Source: an uncultured Bacteroidales bacterium
GTDB lineage: Bacteria; Bacteroidota; Bacteroidia; Bacteroidales; ML635J-15
DNA: 64,000 bases
Direction: 5' to 3'
Assembly (NCBI GenBank): GCA_937899245.1
Contig: CALDKB010000050.1
Span: forward strand, 2,179 to 66,178
Positions 61,679 through 64,000 of this stretch are shown here, one piece after another (position 1 is the stretch's first letter; every line of letters starts with the position of its first letter). A model generated the notes under the pieces. The model worked only from the letters and a program-made list of their open reading frames with translations. It did not search any database and was not told where the DNA came from. A program made the position numbers and the translations under genes.

Positions 61679-63500
61679 AGTTAATCAATCCTGCATAGTA
61701 TTGGGCAACCTTCTGGCAGTATAGTTTTGCACGGCGCTGCAATTTAGCATCCGCATTTCCCGGCTTGAAAGAATCCGACTCCGCCTCATACCACAACCCG
61801 CTTTCTCCCTCAATATACGAGAAGCCTCTGCCACATGGAGAAAAAGCCGTAGGACGCTTTGCGCCAAAAATATTCTCGCTAAACAACACGTCGTCGTAGC
61901 CACAGCCTAGTGCCGACATCAAGGTGGTGAAAATATCGGACTGGTCGCACGGAAGGTCACACTCAAAAGATTCATCGACGACACCACCCAGCCACTGCAT
62001 GACTATATGACTTTTGTCGAGACTTGCCCAATTCTGCGAGCGGAACATCTTTCCATGGTCGGAAACAAGAACTATCAACATATTATCCCATTTGGGAGAA
62101 CTTTGCATCCTACACAAAAAATCATTCAGGCACGAATCAGTATAATAATATGCATTCATACTTCTCGAAAGTTCATCGGCAGTTCCATAAGGGGTAATCG
62201 GCACATCAAACGGTTCGTGGCTGTTAAGCGTAAACAATATCGAAACCGACTTTCCTTGTTCTTGCTGCAGGTGGTCATAAAAAGCATTGAACATACACTC
62301 GTCATCGTAGCCCCATTTTGTCTTGCGACAGTCAAGTTGCAGATTGTTTTGCGACACGATATTGTTAACCCCACTAAGACATAAATACGAATTCATATTT
62401 GCGAAATTCACATCGCCGCCATAATAGAACGACTGATTTGCGTATCCGTTTTCTCGCAGTGCACGCAACAAAGAAGGCATCTGCTGTGTTTTCTCCGGCT
62501 TTTTCATTACCGAATAATCAGGCAATGACGGCACTCCGCTAAAAATAGACGCTATTCCGCGAACACTTCTATCGCCAGACGCATAGAAATTACTGAAAAA
62601 TATGCCATTGTCACGCCATGTAAGCAATTTCGGAGTAACACTTTCTTCCGGATTATCGTAGCACATCGCTTTCCACGTAAAGCTCTCCAATAGCACAAAG
62701 ACAACCTGCTCCGGTTGCTTTTTCAACAACTTCTTGCCGTAAAACTCATTAAATATCGTATCAACAGGAATTTCAAAATCCCCATCGAAAAAAACATATC
62801 GGTCAAAATCATCCTCTCCGGAAATCAACGACGAACCAAAATTCCAGCACACATTTATAGCCGAATGATTGACAAAGGAGTTATCACAAAAATACACTAC
62901 ACCCGAATTTAGCGGCACAATTCCGATGCCTCCGCGCACCGGTATCACAAGAAGTCCGGCCAATGGCAAAAAAAGCAAGGAGAAAAAGCGTTCCGGAACA
63001 AGAGAACGAAAAAGCCGCCTTGTCATTACCCTGTACAAAAGAAACATTGTCGCCACAAGCACCGCAACTAGCACAAAAAGCAAGACAATTCGCCATGTCG
63101 ACACCGACGCAAGCATCAAATCCGGACTTTTCAAATACGAAAGCACAGATGCATCAATCCGGAACTGCCACGAGCGATATACCTCAGCATCGCCAACAAC
63201 GATAAGCGACACAACAACAAGCATAACAACAGTCATCAAATCCATAAAAATACGGAAGGCACGTTGAGACTTAACAAATGAAAAAGCAATGAAAAATGGC
63301 GAAACAAAAATACCTATATATGCCATTGTCGATAAATCAAGCGGCAAGCCATGAAACATTGATGCAAAAAATTCCGATGCTGTGCACGAAAATTCGCCTG
63401 CCAAGTTGAAACAGAGAAAGAACAAGCGCATGACCTCGAAACATAAAAGCCAAAACGCTAGATAGACAAAGAATAATATGCCGCGTCTTATTTTATCCAT
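61665..63500 (-). CDS. LTA synthase family protein (membrane-anchored sulfatase-fold phosphoglycerol/phosphoethanolamine transferase)
   Basis: Five N-terminal TM helices followed by a sulfatase-fold domain (LLESFTWKA, VSDHGKMF). Confidence 0.75.
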   Translation of the reverse strand: MDKIRRGILFFVYLAFWLLCFEVMRLFFLCFNLAGEFSCTASEFFASMFHGLPLDLSTMAYIGIFVSPFFIAFSFVKSQRAFRIFMDLMTVVMLVVVSLIVVGDAEVYRSWQFRIDASVLSYLKSPDLMLASVSTWRIVLLFVLVAVLVATMFLLYRVMTRRLFRSLVPERFFSLLFLPLAGLLVIPVRGGIGIVPLNSGVVYFCDNSFVNHSAINVCWNFGSSLISGEDDFDRYVFFDGDFEIPVDTIFNEFYGKKLLKKQPEQVVFVLLESFTWKAMCYDNPEESVTPKLLTWRDNGIFFSNFYASGDRSVRGIASIFSGVPSLPDYSVMKKPEKTQQMPSLLRALRENGYANQSFYYGGDVNFANMNSYLCLSGVNNIVSQNNLQLDCRKTKWGYDDECMFNAFYDHLQQEQGKSVSILFTLNSHEPFDVPITPYGTADELSRSMNAYYYTDSCLNDFLCRMQSSPKWDNMLIVLVSDHGKMFRSQNWASLDKSHIVMQWLGGVVDESFECDLPCDQSDIFTTLMSALGCGYDDVLFSENIFGAKRPTAFSPCGRGFSYIEGESGLWYEAESDSFKPGNADAKLQRRAKLYCQKVAQYYAGLINFAKK

Positions 63501-63719
63501 ATCGCAAAATTATAGGATTTTGGGCAATCTTAAAAAATTAACTCACAATAAAAGCAGCGCAACACACATCTGATAATCAAGAAGATGCAACAAGAGCGCT
63601 TCCAAGAAAGCACAAAAAGGCATTCAGCATACAATAAAGAAGCCAGACAAGCCGTTACTTTAACAAAAAAGTGTTGATAAAAATCAAATTAGACAAAAAA
63701 AAACAAAAGCATTACGCAA

Positions 63720-63727
63720 TACTTTTG
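63720..63727 (+). promoter_or_regulatory. Bacteroidetes -7 box (TACTTTTG) for exbB
   Basis: TAcTTTTG lies 32 nt upstream of the ATG at 63760. Confidence 0.5.
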
Positions 63728-63759
63728 CAATTAGTAAATAACAAACAAAACGAAAGAAC

Positions 63760-64000
63760 ATGTTGCTATTGGATGACATTTTAGTTGACAGCACAGCAGT
63801 AAGTGAAGCTGCTGCTCAAACCGCAGAAAAGGCTGTAGAAGGACAGTCTTACTGGGATTTGGCAGTTCAGGGCGGATGGATTATGATTGTTCTTGCAATC
63901 CTTTCCGTTCTTGCAATATACATTTTTATCGACAAATATCTGGCACTAAAAAAAGCCAGCAAGGACCAAAGTTCGTTCATGCAGAACATAAAGAACTACA
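63760..64000 (+). CDS. exbB: MotA/TolQ/ExbB proton-channel family protein, 3' end outside window
   Basis: ATG at 63760 and open to the window edge. A periplasmic N-terminal segment is followed by the TM helix GGWIMIVLAILSVLAIYIFI, typical of Bacteroidetes ExbB. Confidence 0.6.
   Translation, partial: MLLLDDILVDSTAVSEAAAQTAEKAVEGQSYWDLAVQGGWIMIVLAILSVLAIYIFIDKYLALKKASKDQSSFMQNIKNY

Noticed and set aside
63501-63759. 259-bp purine-rich gap before exbB examined for an sRNA or tRNA
   Set aside because: I could see no stem-loop structure, tRNA-like T-arm (GTTCGA/GTTCAA) or terminator. The gap contains a plausible -7 promoter box for exbB.

Overview
The window reads as a chromosomal segment of a T9SS-bearing Bacteroidales (Bacteroidota) genome. 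Supporting this are TAnnTTTG -7 promoter boxes upstream of many genes, two proteins with type-A T9SS C-terminal sorting domains, a TonB-dependent receptor/DUF4249 pair, and the rpmB-rpmG-DUF4295-ftsY order. I call about 60 protein-coding genes. I could not recognise any rRNA, tRNA, CRISPR array, transposase or integrase. Content from left to right: (1) a 5'-truncated gene whose G+C and codon usage are clearly higher than the rest of the window; (2) housekeeping blocks (TSCPD-dxr-M23 peptidase; rsfS-ftsH-cdsA; lplA); (3) a TonB receptor/DUF4249 pair and a GWxTD protein followed by a degenerate kinase-fold protein and a LOG-family protein; (4) a glycan-degradation group (GH28, GH106-like, GH92) with a palindrome-rich divergent promoter; (5) ftsY and ribosomal proteins, a T9SS-secreted S1 protease, DUF2851, a C69 dipeptidase, rocD, DUF1015, BI-1 and comF; (6) a receiver-less sigma-54 activator with lptE and secG, purE, and a pair of outer-membrane barrels, one carrying a ComEA-like HhH domain; (7) a roughly 15 kb accessory-looking stretch (42.0-56.9 kb). 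Its core is a TetR-headed array of 12 same-strand genes with almost no intergenic space. These encode unrelated peptidases, acyltransferases, a class A beta-lactamase and domains of unknown function; (8) hydG with a TM1266-family regulator, patB-lgt-LTA-synthase, and the start of exbB. I found no compelling, clearly novel multi-gene system such as a defence system. The most unusual items are the TetR-headed array, the HhH-barrel/PorV-like pair, the GWxTD/pseudokinase pair, the GH28 with a truncated second N-terminal module, and a GC-rich tandem element at 59.54-59.66 kb. All functional calls rest on motif and architecture recognition by eye. No database search or HMM was run.
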